DNA of 64,000 nucleotides from contig CAZTZA010000004.1 of NCBI GenBank assembly GCA_964618015.1, forward strand, positions 1,440 through 65,439. The letters are read 5' to 3'. The notes below the pieces were generated by a model. That model did no database searches. It was not told the DNA's origin and worked only from the letters and a program-made list of their open reading frames with translations. A program made the position numbers and the translations under genes. Shown in pieces: positions 1 through 9,235 of the stretch (position 1 is its first letter; the number at the start of each line of letters is the position of its first letter). This stretch comes from an uncultured Spirochaetaceae bacterium (lineage in GTDB: Bacteria; Spirochaetota; Spirochaetia; SZUA-6; Bin103).

Positions 1-668
1 AGACAGCGGTAGCATCTCTTTGTGCTGCTGGAGTTAGCAATACCTTAATCCAGCAAGTGGCACCTGTTACTCACGAGCGCTTTCGCAATGCACTACAACG
101 GGAGGAGGCACGGAGACGACTAAGTCTTAGTCCTGTTGCACCGGTGGTGCTCTATGGTCTCGGTGGGGCCGGCATTGGTGAGGCGCAGGCGTTTATAGCA
201 GCTTGTAGGCGTGCCGTGCCCGAGGCAGTGATATTGGTCGCTACGGGCCACAACACTGCGCTGAGACAACGGTTGGCTACTCGTTTTACTGAATCTCAGG
301 TGGTTCCTCTATCTTTTCGAGATGATATGGAGGTTTTACTGGCAGCAGCTGACCTCGCCGCGGGAAAATGCGGGACGCTGTTTACTCTGGAAGTGATAGC
401 TTCTCGGCGCCCGTTTGTGATATCGCAGATCGGTGCGCCTTATGAGCGGTATAATCGAGTCTTCATCGTACGTAATGGTTATGGATGGTACGCTGCCTCG
501 CCGCGCGCATTTGCTACGACGGTGCGTCGTGCACTAGTTGGCCGAGAAATAGATGCGGTTCAGCGGACGTTGGAAGACGTGCCTGATCATGGAGGTGCGG
601 AAGAGGTGGCGGCGCGTGTGGCAGTGGCCGCTCGTCAGATGATATCCAAGTCATTGTCAGTAATATGA
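1..668 (+). CDS. Glycosyltransferase, MGDG/diglucosyl-diacylglycerol synthase-like (GT28 C-terminal domain); 5' partial, the reading frame is open to the window edge
   Basis: Frame 3 is open from nt 3 with no stop before the ATG at 57. The C-terminal GT-B Rossmann signature reads 'PVVLYGLGGAGIGE...DLAAGKCGTLFTLEVIASRRPFVI', typical of MurG/MGDG-synthase C-terminal domains. Confidence 0.55.
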   Translation, partial: TAVASLCAAGVSNTLIQQVAPVTHERFRNALQREEARRRLSLSPVAPVVLYGLGGAGIGEAQAFIAACRRAVPEAVILVATGHNTALRQRLATRFTESQVVPLSFRDDMEVLLAAADLAAGKCGTLFTLEVIASRRPFVISQIGAPYERYNRVFIVRNGYGWYAASPRAFATTVRRALVGREIDAVQRTLEDVPDHGGAEEVAARVAVAARQMISKSLSVI

Positions 669-1381
669 TTGGTCGTTCGCCGCGTCTTGATTCGCCGGCT
701 GTAGTCCTCACCGCTGCGATTGGACTGACTCTCTACGCCTTGATTCTTGCATCACCACAGGTTGTATCATTGGCTCAGCGAATCATAGGTGGAGCACAAG
801 AGTCTATTACCGCTTATGGTTTGCGTTTTGCTGCCTCTGCAGTACTACTCGGCTTAGCACCGGTCGTTGTACTACGGGCTAGTGGAGCTCGAAGTAGCGA
901 TATTGGATTACGCAAAGCCAGACGAATCCGCCCAACCTTGTTGTTGTTCGCCTGCGTGATTGCGGTGTCAGTAGGTGTGCTATCGAGTAGGAATACAGAA
1001 CTTGCCACTTTTTATCCATTTGGTCGTCCCGGCATTCTGGAAATTGCTCGGTCTCCTCTCTGGATTTTCGGACATAGTCTATCGTACTTGGTGTTCTACT
1101 ATCTTCCGTGGGAAATTACCTTTCGCGGCGTTTTGCTTTTCCCGCTGATACCGCGCCGCGGTGCTGGGGCAAGTGGCGTTTTGCTTGCGGTCACGCCCCA
1201 GGCAATCGCGTCAACGCTTCTACATATCGGCCATCCATCGATGGAAATAGCTGCGGCGTTGCCTTTCGGCTTGGCCCTGGGACTACTAGCGGTGCGAACT
1301 GGATCTATCCTGCCGGGACTGTTGATTCACGCTGGTGTTGGCATCGCTCTTGACGTGGCGATCATGGTTACGTCTTTCTGA
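665..1381 (+). CDS. CPBP family intramembrane glutamic metalloprotease (CAAX protease / Abi domain)
   Basis: Multi-TM protein with motif 1 'WEITFRG' (EExxxR), motif 2 'LHIGH' (FxxxH) and motif 3 'HAGVGIALD'. Overlaps the upstream gene by 4 nt (ATGA). Confidence 0.7.
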   Translation: MIGRSPRLDSPAVVLTAAIGLTLYALILASPQVVSLAQRIIGGAQESITAYGLRFAASAVLLGLAPVVVLRASGARSSDIGLRKARRIRPTLLLFACVIAVSVGVLSSRNTELATFYPFGRPGILEIARSPLWIFGHSLSYLVFYYLPWEITFRGVLLFPLIPRRGAGASGVLLAVTPQAIASTLLHIGHPSMEIAAALPFGLALGLLAVRTGSILPGLLIHAGVGIALDVAIMVTSF

Positions 1382-1520
1382 AGAAACTGTTGCCGAACTT
1401 TTTATGTATCTGTATCTCGTGATTTAATAATACTCGTCTGATCATCAATTACGAGGTCAACGATCAGATGATATTTCTCAGGGTAATAGTCGCTGTGTTC
1501 CGAGGGAAGCAAGTTGCTTC

Positions 1521-2588
1521 TTGCCGCACTGCCTGCAACCGAGACACTCTGTTCGCATCGGTAGTTTCAGTAGCACGTCAGCGGTCGACACGGCCGTGAC
1601 CGGTGCGTCTGGGTTTATAGGTTCCGCTCTTGCAGTACATCTTGCTGTTACCGGTCGGCGCGTACGGGGGATCTACCACCGTGGCGGCCCTGAAGCACGC
1701 ATGCGGGGTTTGGTGGATGCCGGAGTAAACCTTGAACGCCATGATTTGACTACGGAAAAGGGCGCTTGTGTGGCACTGCGCGGGTGTTCCACGGTCGTGC
1801 ATTGTGCTGCCGCAGTAGGTGACTGGGGTGTTCAATCTAAATTCCAACGCCAGAATGTGGAGATGTCTCGGATCGTAACCAGCGCTGCCGCTGTTGCCGG
1901 GTGCCACCGTTTTGTGCATGCAAGTTCGGCAGCAGTTCATGGCTTCGGTCCACATGTCTGCTCGACAGAAGACGGACCATTCTATGCCCCTGTCAGCCAT
2001 TATCAGAAAAGTAAGTTAGCGGCCGAGCGGATAGTGCGAAGGATCTCGCCAGATTCGGTGATTCTTCGACTTGGCAATGTATACGGTCCAGATGATACCA
2101 CTAGTTTCTATCGCATCCTTCAGGCTATTGATCGAGGGTTACCTGCCTTTATCGACGGTGGCCGACATTTGACCTGCCCGGTCTATATCGAAGATGTAGT
2201 TCACGCCTTTGAGCTGTCACTTCAGGTCGAGGCAGCAGAGGGAAAGGTATTTCTGATCACTAGTGGCGAGGAGGTTCGCTGGAGGGAGCTTTTATTCTAT
2301 GCCGCGCAGCAGCTGGATTGTAATCCGCCACGCAGGTCTCTGCCGGCGTGGCTGGCGTTACCAGCCGCACGTTTGGTTGAACAGATATACAACAGGCTAT
2401 CTCTGGTCAGTGAACCGCCTCTGACCGTGTATCGCGTAGCTCAGGTGGCGCACGACTATCACTTCTCTATCAACCAAGCACGAATATTATTGGGATTTGT
2501 GCCCTCGGTAGGTTTCCAGCAAGGGGTCGACCGGACAGTCAGATCCTATCGTGAAATTCATCGAAAAGGAGCTTGTTGTTCTCGGTAG
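1521..2588 (+). CDS. NAD-dependent epimerase/dehydratase (extended SDR family)
   Basis: Rossmann motif 'VTGASGFIGSALAVHL' and catalytic 'YQKSK' (YxxxK). The start is uncertain: the N-terminal 25 aa lie before the Rossmann fold, and a GTG at 1596 is an alternative. Confidence 0.7.
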   Translation: MPHCLQPRHSVRIGSFSSTSAVDTAVTGASGFIGSALAVHLAVTGRRVRGIYHRGGPEARMRGLVDAGVNLERHDLTTEKGACVALRGCSTVVHCAAAVGDWGVQSKFQRQNVEMSRIVTSAAAVAGCHRFVHASSAAVHGFGPHVCSTEDGPFYAPVSHYQKSKLAAERIVRRISPDSVILRLGNVYGPDDTTSFYRILQAIDRGLPAFIDGGRHLTCPVYIEDVVHAFELSLQVEAAEGKVFLITSGEEVRWRELLFYAAQQLDCNPPRRSLPAWLALPAARLVEQIYNRLSLVSEPPLTVYRVAQVAHDYHFSINQARILLGFVPSVGFQQGVDRTVRSYREIHRKGACCSR

Positions 2589-2929
2589 TTTTTTAAAGCA
2601 TCGTTCACTAGCTTGAATGCCCGCTCATCTACCACCGGTCCCAAGGGGCTCGAAACCTTGTTGAAGTAACCGCCACTTAGCTGCTTGCTTCGGAGTAATT
2701 TTGTGGATAGTCAGGCCAGAGCGTCGGATAAGTTTAATCGCTGCTTTGTCAGCTGCGCGTGTCGCTTTGAAAGCAACTTGTTCAGCTTCTCCTTGGCCAC
2801 CGCAAGAAGCTGTGGCCGAAGATCGGTCGGAATTTGGCGCTAGGAGCGGGTTGAGATTATCAAGGTTCTGTAGAACGGTGAGACTCGCGCTGTATATCAA
2901 TCTTGGTCAGACGGCTACCATACGTAGTC

Positions 2930-3697
2930 ATGAAGTCTGAAGCTTTTCGACTTGACGGCAAGGTAGCGCTGGTCACTGGATCGACCTCTGGGATAGGCGC
3001 AGCTCTAGCGCGGGGGCTTGGCGAGGCTGGAGCCCGCGTTCTCGTAAATGGTCGCCGCCTTGATCGCATAGATCAAGTCATTGATGCTCTACGTGCTGAT
3101 GGTATCGATGCTACCGGTTGTTCCTTTGACACTCGCGATGAACAAGCCGCAAACGTCGCAATTGGCGTTGCGGAGCAGTCGGTAGGACCGATCGACATTT
3201 TGGTTAACAACGCGGGCATGACGAAACGCGGAACAATTTTGGAACTAGACTCCGCTGATTGGAAGGAAGTTATAGATACTGATCTTACTGCACCTTTTTT
3301 AGTCGCACGGTGCGTTGCGCCCGGGATGGTCGAGCGTGGCAGCGGAAAAATCATCAACACCTGCTCGCTGATGAGCGAAAGAGCACGCTATGGAACCTCA
3401 GCTTATGCGGCGGCAAAAGGCGGCTTGCAATTACTAACGCGTGCAATGGCGGTGGAATGGGGCCGGCACGGCGTTCAGTGCAACGGTATCGGACCGGGGT
3501 ACTTCGCAACTGAAATGACTCAGTCGCTCAAGGATGATCCGGACTTCGATGCTTGGGTGAAGGAACGTACTCCGGCAGGCCGCTGGGGTGATACCGTGGA
3601 GCTAGTAGGGCCGACAGTGTTTCTTGCGTCCGATGCATCAAGCTTCGTCAACGGACACGTACTCTACGTCGATGGCGGTTTTCTAGCTTTGTTATGA
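2930..3697 (+). CDS. SDR family oxidoreductase, gluconate 5-dehydrogenase/KduD-like
   Basis: 'GKVALVTGSTSGIGAALA', 'NNAGM', catalytic 'YAAAKGG' (YxxxK) and 'IGPGYFAT'. ATG at 2930 chosen within the longer ORF that begins at 2903. Confidence 0.8.
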   Translation: MKSEAFRLDGKVALVTGSTSGIGAALARGLGEAGARVLVNGRRLDRIDQVIDALRADGIDATGCSFDTRDEQAANVAIGVAEQSVGPIDILVNNAGMTKRGTILELDSADWKEVIDTDLTAPFLVARCVAPGMVERGSGKIINTCSLMSERARYGTSAYAAAKGGLQLLTRAMAVEWGRHGVQCNGIGPGYFATEMTQSLKDDPDFDAWVKERTPAGRWGDTVELVGPTVFLASDASSFVNGHVLYVDGGFLALL

Positions 3698-3922
3698 ACC
3701 TAGTGTACATAACAAAGGCATCAATTTGGTTGGGTGCCCGTTCGAGCACTGAACAGATCTTTTCAATGCGCTACAAAGATTTCTGATTCATGCAAATATC
3801 TGCTTCGCCGGATAAGTTGGATAGTTCCTATGACGATCATCTAACCTCAGCTCGAATGGCTAAGCTTGAAGACGCGGCGGGGTCAGGGAATACTCTGATA
3901 ACTATCGTTGAGGAGGGAAGCA

Positions 3923-4513
3923 ATGGCTTTCACGTTGCAAATCGGCGCGCGCGCGCCAGACTTTTCGCTACCTGCTGTCGACGGCAAGCGCTACACACTG
4001 GGTGATTTTGCCCTAAGTCCAGCCATAGTTGTAGTATTCTCTTGTAATCACTGCCCTTATGTGATTGGAAGCCAGGATCGGATGAATGCGTTTGCTGAGG
4101 CCTATGCGGAAAAAGGTGTGAGCATGATTGCAATCAACTCCAATGAGACTGAAAACCATCCCGAAGATTCGTTTGAGCATATGGTCACATACGCTGCGGA
4201 AAAACAATTTCGGTTTGTATACGCCCGTGATGATGATCAAAGTGTTGCGCTCGCATATGGTGCGCTGAGAACTCCGCATTACTATCTGTTCGATGACAAC
4301 CTGCAACTGCGTTACACGGGACGTATGGATAACGATCCGCGTGACTCAGCCAACGCGAGGACGCACGAGCTGAGAGACGCAGTGGATGCAGTGCTCTCAG
4401 GGATTCCAGTACCGGTACAGATGACTAATCCAATAGGTTGCAACGTGAAATGGGCAGGGCAGGATGGACACTGGATGCCCGCGGAAGCCTGCGACTTGGT
4501 CCCGGTATCGTGA
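3923..4513 (+). CDS. Thioredoxin-fold redoxin (thiol-disulfide oxidoreductase, AhpC/TSA-like)
   Basis: CxxC active site 'SCNHCPYV' in a thioredoxin-like context 'FSLPAVDGKRYTLGDF...IVVVF'. A GGAGG RBS sits 7 nt upstream of the ATG at 3923. Confidence 0.65.
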   Translation: MAFTLQIGARAPDFSLPAVDGKRYTLGDFALSPAIVVVFSCNHCPYVIGSQDRMNAFAEAYAEKGVSMIAINSNETENHPEDSFEHMVTYAAEKQFRFVYARDDDQSVALAYGALRTPHYYLFDDNLQLRYTGRMDNDPRDSANARTHELRDAVDAVLSGIPVPVQMTNPIGCNVKWAGQDGHWMPAEACDLVPVS

Positions 4514-4543
4514 AGGACCGGTCTGTCGTGCCGCGGGTCTGGC

Positions 4544-5938
4544 GTGATTGACACCTATCTCGATCCATCTGGTACACCGCCGGAGCGGCCTCAACTTGCC
4601 TCAATGGATCCTTCGACTCGTGATTTACATGACGGCATAGACGCAGCCATTCGTCGCAGTGGTGTTCCCTACCTTCATCCGGAAGGGGAGACGGTCCAAA
4701 TCGATCTTCTAGGAAGTGAGCCGATGGTTCGTTGGCAGGAGCGCAAGGCAGAGTTGATGTTTCTCAGCTCGGAATGCTGGTCAGATATGCCTCAGATCTA
4801 TGCACGGTATGGAACTGTTTCGTCTCGCAAGCTCTTGTCTTGGGTGCGGGAGATAGAAGGAGCCGCCGCCGCAGTACTCACCGACTCCGGTATGCAGGCA
4901 TGTGCGCTGCTGTTCGACACTCTTTTGGAGCCCGGCGATCATGTTGTATGTGCAAGGGGAATATATAATAAGACTAAAGCGTATCTGGGAAGGCTCACGA
5001 TGCTCTTGGGTGGCGAGATGACTCTGGTAGACGACCTAACCTACGAAGCGCTTTCGGCTGCTCTCCGGCCGGAAACCCGACTGCTCTTTGTTGAGACTTT
5101 TACGAATCCAATGATGCGTGCCGTGGATCCCGAAGCGCTATTGCGGGCCGTTGGTGAAATACGTGCAGTGAACAATTCTCGATTGGTGGTAGCACTCGAC
5201 ACCACTATCGCTACACCCTGGGGCCTTGTTTCACCTGGGCTACGCTGGGAAGGCGTTGATGTAGTAGTGACTTCCGGCACGAAGGCCTTGGCTGGTCAAG
5301 ATCGGGATCTCTGGGGCTACCTGGTTTCGGACGATATCAGGTTGCTCAACAGCGTGATGGATCTACAGGCAATGCGTGGCGGTATACTCGATTGGCGTCG
5401 CGCGACAGCAATTCTGTCTGGCGTGGACAATGCGGAGTCTCTCTACCGGCGGCGTTGTGATGCAGCACAAACCGTCACCTCGTTTCTGGCTGCCCATCCG
5501 TTAGTGGAGGAGGTTTTTCATCCGTCGGCACCCGGTCATCCGGACGCGGCAATTATCGCCGCACACTACACTGCTTCAGGCTCGATGGTGAGCTTTCGGT
5601 TAGTTGATGCCGATGAGGGTGAGACTTGTCACTTCTGTGACGTCTTAGCAACGTGCGGCGTATTACGCTACGCACTTAGCTTTGACGGACTTGCTACCAA
5701 ACTGAACCACCATCGATCTGTCTCGGAGTATTTCACTTCTGAAGAAGACGTTAGGAGTATCGGAGTAGATAGGCTTGTGCGGCTGGGCATCGGCGTAGAA
5801 CACCCTGAAGATCTGATTGCATGTTTAAACTGGGCTCTCTGGCACCAGCGAGAGGTCACTAGGGATGAAGTAGAGGCATGGCAGGCATCACGCATTAAAA
5901 TGCTTGGCGTATCCTGCGATTCGGACCATTTAAATTAG
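4544..5938 (+). CDS. PLP-dependent enzyme of the Cys/Met metabolism family (cystathionine γ-synthase/γ-lyase-like), divergent and carrying an N-terminal extension
   Basis: 'VLTDSGMQACALLFDTLLEPGDHVV' matches the 'AFASGMAA...GDHVV' motif. The putative PLP-lysine context is 'VVTSGTKALAG'. The protein is about 464 aa against the typical ~390. Confidence 0.55.
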   Translation: MIDTYLDPSGTPPERPQLASMDPSTRDLHDGIDAAIRRSGVPYLHPEGETVQIDLLGSEPMVRWQERKAELMFLSSECWSDMPQIYARYGTVSSRKLLSWVREIEGAAAAVLTDSGMQACALLFDTLLEPGDHVVCARGIYNKTKAYLGRLTMLLGGEMTLVDDLTYEALSAALRPETRLLFVETFTNPMMRAVDPEALLRAVGEIRAVNNSRLVVALDTTIATPWGLVSPGLRWEGVDVVVTSGTKALAGQDRDLWGYLVSDDIRLLNSVMDLQAMRGGILDWRRATAILSGVDNAESLYRRRCDAAQTVTSFLAAHPLVEEVFHPSAPGHPDAAIIAAHYTASGSMVSFRLVDADEGETCHFCDVLATCGVLRYALSFDGLATKLNHHRSVSEYFTSEEDVRSIGVDRLVRLGIGVEHPEDLIACLNWALWHQREVTRDEVEAWQASRIKMLGVSCDSDHLN

Positions 5939-6032
5939 TGTAGATGAAGACAGCGCGCTCCTCCGGTAGGGTATTAATTCGCACGTTCCTATCGTACACT
6001 TCCCAGGAAGTATCTTTAGAGGAGTTAATAAG

Positions 6033-7991
6033 GTGCAAATTAGAAGAAGTATCTGTTTATCGGGTAGTATTTTACTAGCTATTGGTTTTTTGCTAGTAGC
6101 TTCGTTTGCTGCTGCAGACACAAACGCCTCAGTCTTCCAGCTTAGTGACTGGGAGCAGAGCCGTGGGCCAATCACGACTTTCAGTGAGGCGCCTATGTTG
6201 TCCAATATGGTCGATGCGGGTGTGTTACCCGCCCTATCGGAGAGGCTTCCTGCTAACCCGTTAGTTGTTCTACCTGTTGAAGCAATAGGTCATTACGGAG
6301 GTTCCTTGAGAAACCTTCGTCCCGAGAATGGTTCAATTAACAGTAACCATTGGGTTTGGGAATATGCAGCCGCCTATTCTCCAGACATGAGCTCGATTTT
6401 CCCCAACGTTTTAGCGGGCTGGGAGTGGAGTTCAGACAATAAGAGCATAACCCTCTTTCTACGTGAAGGGATGAAGTGGAGTGACGGAAAGCCGTTTCTA
6501 GCTGAAGATTTTATCTTCTACTGGAATGACATCGGCCTTAACGAGGAACTGAACCCTTCACCACCTTCGCAAATGCGGTTTGGTGGTAATGCCGGGACAA
6601 TGCTCAAGGCCTCAGATACTTCCGTAACCATCACTTGGGATGCGCCTGCTGGTATGTTCGTGGAGTTTATGGCTCGTTGGCGACCTGCAAACTACGCGCA
6701 TTCGGAGTTCTTGAAGGGCTTTCATGCCGACTATGCTTCGGCTGCCAGTCTCGAGGCTTCGATGAAGGAAAACGGCTTTGATTCCTGGACCGATCAGTTT
6801 CAATCAGTTTGGAACCCAGAAAGCAGCGCATTGGTTCCTGTTGTTGGACCCTGGAAGCTTAGAGAAGGGACCAAGAATACCGATCAAGTAATCGTTATGA
6901 ATCGGAATCCCTACTACTGGAAGATTGATACGGCTGGAAATCAGCTCCCTTATATTGATCACATCGAAACGACTGGTGTGCCGCCAGGGGAAGCTGAGCT
7001 GTTGAAAATCCTTGCCGGCGACGCTGACCTTGCTCCACCAGGTGCTTGGGGCGGTATCGCAAACTTGGCTGTGGTACGGCAGAATGCCCATCCGGGGAAT
7101 GGCAACTATCGTCAAATACAGTATTGGTGGCCAGGTGGCGAGCAGGGCCTAATCCTTTTCAACTTTGCTCACGAGGATCCTGTCCTGAATGAGCTACAAA
7201 ACGACAAGCGATTCCGTATCGCATTGTCTCATGCCATAGATCGGGATGAGATTAACCAAACTTTCTACAAGGGTCTCGGAGTGCCTTCGCAGCCGACAGT
7301 TCAGGCAGGTCCTCCCTACCACGGCGAGAATTTGTTTAAAGTCTATTTAGAGCACGATCCGGATCATGCCAATAGTATTCTCGATGAAATAGGGCTGTCC
7401 AAGCGTGACAAGGATGGGTTCCGACTGCGTTCTGATGGCGAACGCTTGCGCATACAGATCTATGTAATGCCGGGGGGACAAAGTAACGAAATTGCTGAAC
7501 TCTACAAGGATTACTGGGGCGAGGTCGGCATAGAGATCGTTAACCGGGCAGGGAGTTGGGATTCATTCGGTGGAATCTACAATTCGAATAACTTCGACTT
7601 GATCATGTTCCCGTTTGGTCTGGCTGGTCGTCCCATGAATCCTCTCGTCAGAGGAGAGGTAGTTCCGGTAGGTACCTGGTTCTCACCGGGTAGGACTTGG
7701 GCTGTATGGCTGAATTCGGGAGGAACCGAAGGTGACGAGCCCCCTGAAGCTCTGAAGAGGGTAGCAGCGCTGCGTGAGAGTGCGGTAACCATCGGAGATG
7801 AAGGAGAACGCAACCGCCTTACGATGGAGATCTTTTCTATTCTTGAGGAGGAGCTGTACATGATCGCCGCAGTGCGGCCTCCGACACAGGACTACTATGG
7901 TATTGCTAGCGTTGACCTCGGCAACATTCCTGATCCTATTATTGCCGAGCATGTTCACGAGGTGCCTGCACAGTTTTACTTTAAATCGTAG
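6033..7991 (+). CDS. ABC transporter substrate-binding protein, family 5 (oligopeptide/oligosaccharide-type), secreted
   Basis: N-terminal signal peptide 'LSGSILLAIGFLLVASFAAADT', size ~650 aa and family-5 SBP architecture. GTG start with a GGAGGAG RBS. Confidence 0.75.
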   Translation: MQIRRSICLSGSILLAIGFLLVASFAAADTNASVFQLSDWEQSRGPITTFSEAPMLSNMVDAGVLPALSERLPANPLVVLPVEAIGHYGGSLRNLRPENGSINSNHWVWEYAAAYSPDMSSIFPNVLAGWEWSSDNKSITLFLREGMKWSDGKPFLAEDFIFYWNDIGLNEELNPSPPSQMRFGGNAGTMLKASDTSVTITWDAPAGMFVEFMARWRPANYAHSEFLKGFHADYASAASLEASMKENGFDSWTDQFQSVWNPESSALVPVVGPWKLREGTKNTDQVIVMNRNPYYWKIDTAGNQLPYIDHIETTGVPPGEAELLKILAGDADLAPPGAWGGIANLAVVRQNAHPGNGNYRQIQYWWPGGEQGLILFNFAHEDPVLNELQNDKRFRIALSHAIDRDEINQTFYKGLGVPSQPTVQAGPPYHGENLFKVYLEHDPDHANSILDEIGLSKRDKDGFRLRSDGERLRIQIYVMPGGQSNEIAELYKDYWGEVGIEIVNRAGSWDSFGGIYNSNNFDLIMFPFGLAGRPMNPLVRGEVVPVGTWFSPGRTWAVWLNSGGTEGDEPPEALKRVAALRESAVTIGDEGERNRLTMEIFSILEEELYMIAAVRPPTQDYYGIASVDLGNIPDPIIAEHVHEVPAQFYFKS

Positions 7992-8052
7992 ATGTAGTCG
8001 GACGAGGATCTGCAAATAAAGCAGAACCAGAAAAAGAGCAGGCGAGGAGGGA

Positions 8053-8088
8053 TTATCCTTTCTCGCCTGTTTTTTTGTAGTACAGAAT
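8053..8088. terminator. Rho-independent terminator, bidirectional hairpin between the convergent binding-protein and permease genes
   Basis: 11-bp stem GGCGAGGAGGG / CCTTTCTCGCC with two G·U pairs, loop ATTAT, followed by TGTTTTTTT. The complementary strand also shows a C/T-rich run after the hairpin. Confidence 0.7.
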
Positions 8089-8104
8089 CGAGGAGATAGA
8101 AATT

Positions 8105-9235
8105 TTAAGTAGAGGTGTACGGGTCCGCGGCGTCGCGTAGGCCGTCTCCTAAAAAGTTGAAGGCTAAAACCGTCGCTGCGACGAACGCGCCAGGGATCAG
8201 TAACCATGGTGATCCTGCCAGCACGTGGATGCGTTGTGCTTCTTGCAGTAGTACTCCCCAGCTAATTGCGGGCGGCTGAAGGCCCAGCCCAATAAAGCTG
8301 AGTGCAGTTTCTCCTAGAATCATCCCTGGAACCGAAAGCGTAAGCGATGCGATCAGGTAGCTGCCGAATGATGGTAAGAGGTGCCGGATGAGAATACGTT
8401 TTGTGCTGGCACCACTAACCACGGCGGCGATGATGAATTCCTCTTCACGGACTGACATAAACTTTCCACGGACTACCCGCGCAATGGAGGTCCAGCCGAC
8501 TAGCGAAAGAATGATCACGATTCCGAAGTAGACTTGTTCAGCCGTCCAGAACCTCGGTAGCGCCACGCTAAGTGCCATCCACAGTGGCAAGTCAGGAATA
8601 GAGCGGAGAAACTCTACTAGTCGCTGGATAAGTACATCGACAGTCCCACCGAAGTAGCCAGAGATACCCCCTATGATAATTCCGAGGAGAAAGCTGATGG
8701 CTATGCCTACTAGTCCGATTGAAAGTGAAATGCGCCCCCCATAGACAATCCTCGAGAAAAGGTCGCGCCCCATATTGTCTGTGCCGAACAGATACGCTCG
8801 ATTTCCATTCGATACACCAAACAGGTGTACGTTCGAAGGAACCAAGCCCCAGAGCTCGTAGGGATCACCACGTACAAAAAGGGATAAATAGTGCTTGGTT
8901 TCGGTGTCAGTTTCGTATTTGTAACGGAAGGTTTCTAAATCGAGTTCTGCCTTAAGGGCGTATACGAACGGGAACGTCAGACGACCGTTGTCGAATAGAC
9001 GAATGCGTTGCGGAGGAGAGTATTGCTGTTCTGCATTGCGCTGTCGAGGATCATACGGGGAAACAAATTCGGAGAAGACTACCCCGAAGTAAAAGACCCC
9101 GAGCAGTGCGAACGAGGCAACTGCCATCTTGTGTCGGAAGAAACGGATGCGGATCAGTCTCCATTGGGAGGAGACCTGTTCTCGCTCTGCTTGCGCAGAC
9201 ACCACAGGTGAGCTGCCGAAGGCGTTGGTTGCCAC
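8105..9235 (-). CDS. ABC transporter permease, OppC/DppC-like
   Basis: N-terminal extension then the characteristic 'VSPYDP' region and an EAA-like loop; six TM segments. Confidence 0.8.
   Translation of the reverse strand: MATNAFGSSPVVSAQAEREQVSSQWRLIRIRFFRHKMAVASFALLGVFYFGVVFSEFVSPYDPRQRNAEQQYSPPQRIRLFDNGRLTFPFVYALKAELDLETFRYKYETDTETKHYLSLFVRGDPYELWGLVPSNVHLFGVSNGNRAYLFGTDNMGRDLFSRIVYGGRISLSIGLVGIAISFLLGIIIGGISGYFGGTVDVLIQRLVEFLRSIPDLPLWMALSVALPRFWTAEQVYFGIVIILSLVGWTSIARVVRGKFMSVREEEFIIAAVVSGASTKRILIRHLLPSFGSYLIASLTLSVPGMILGETALSFIGLGLQPPAISWGVLLQEAQRIHVLAGSPWLLIPGAFVAATVLAFNFLGDGLRDAADPYTST

Noticed and set aside
1578-2000. 140-aa minus-strand ORF
   Set aside because: Antisense to the epimerase/dehydratase gene; no motif; the shadow frame of a GC-rich coding region.
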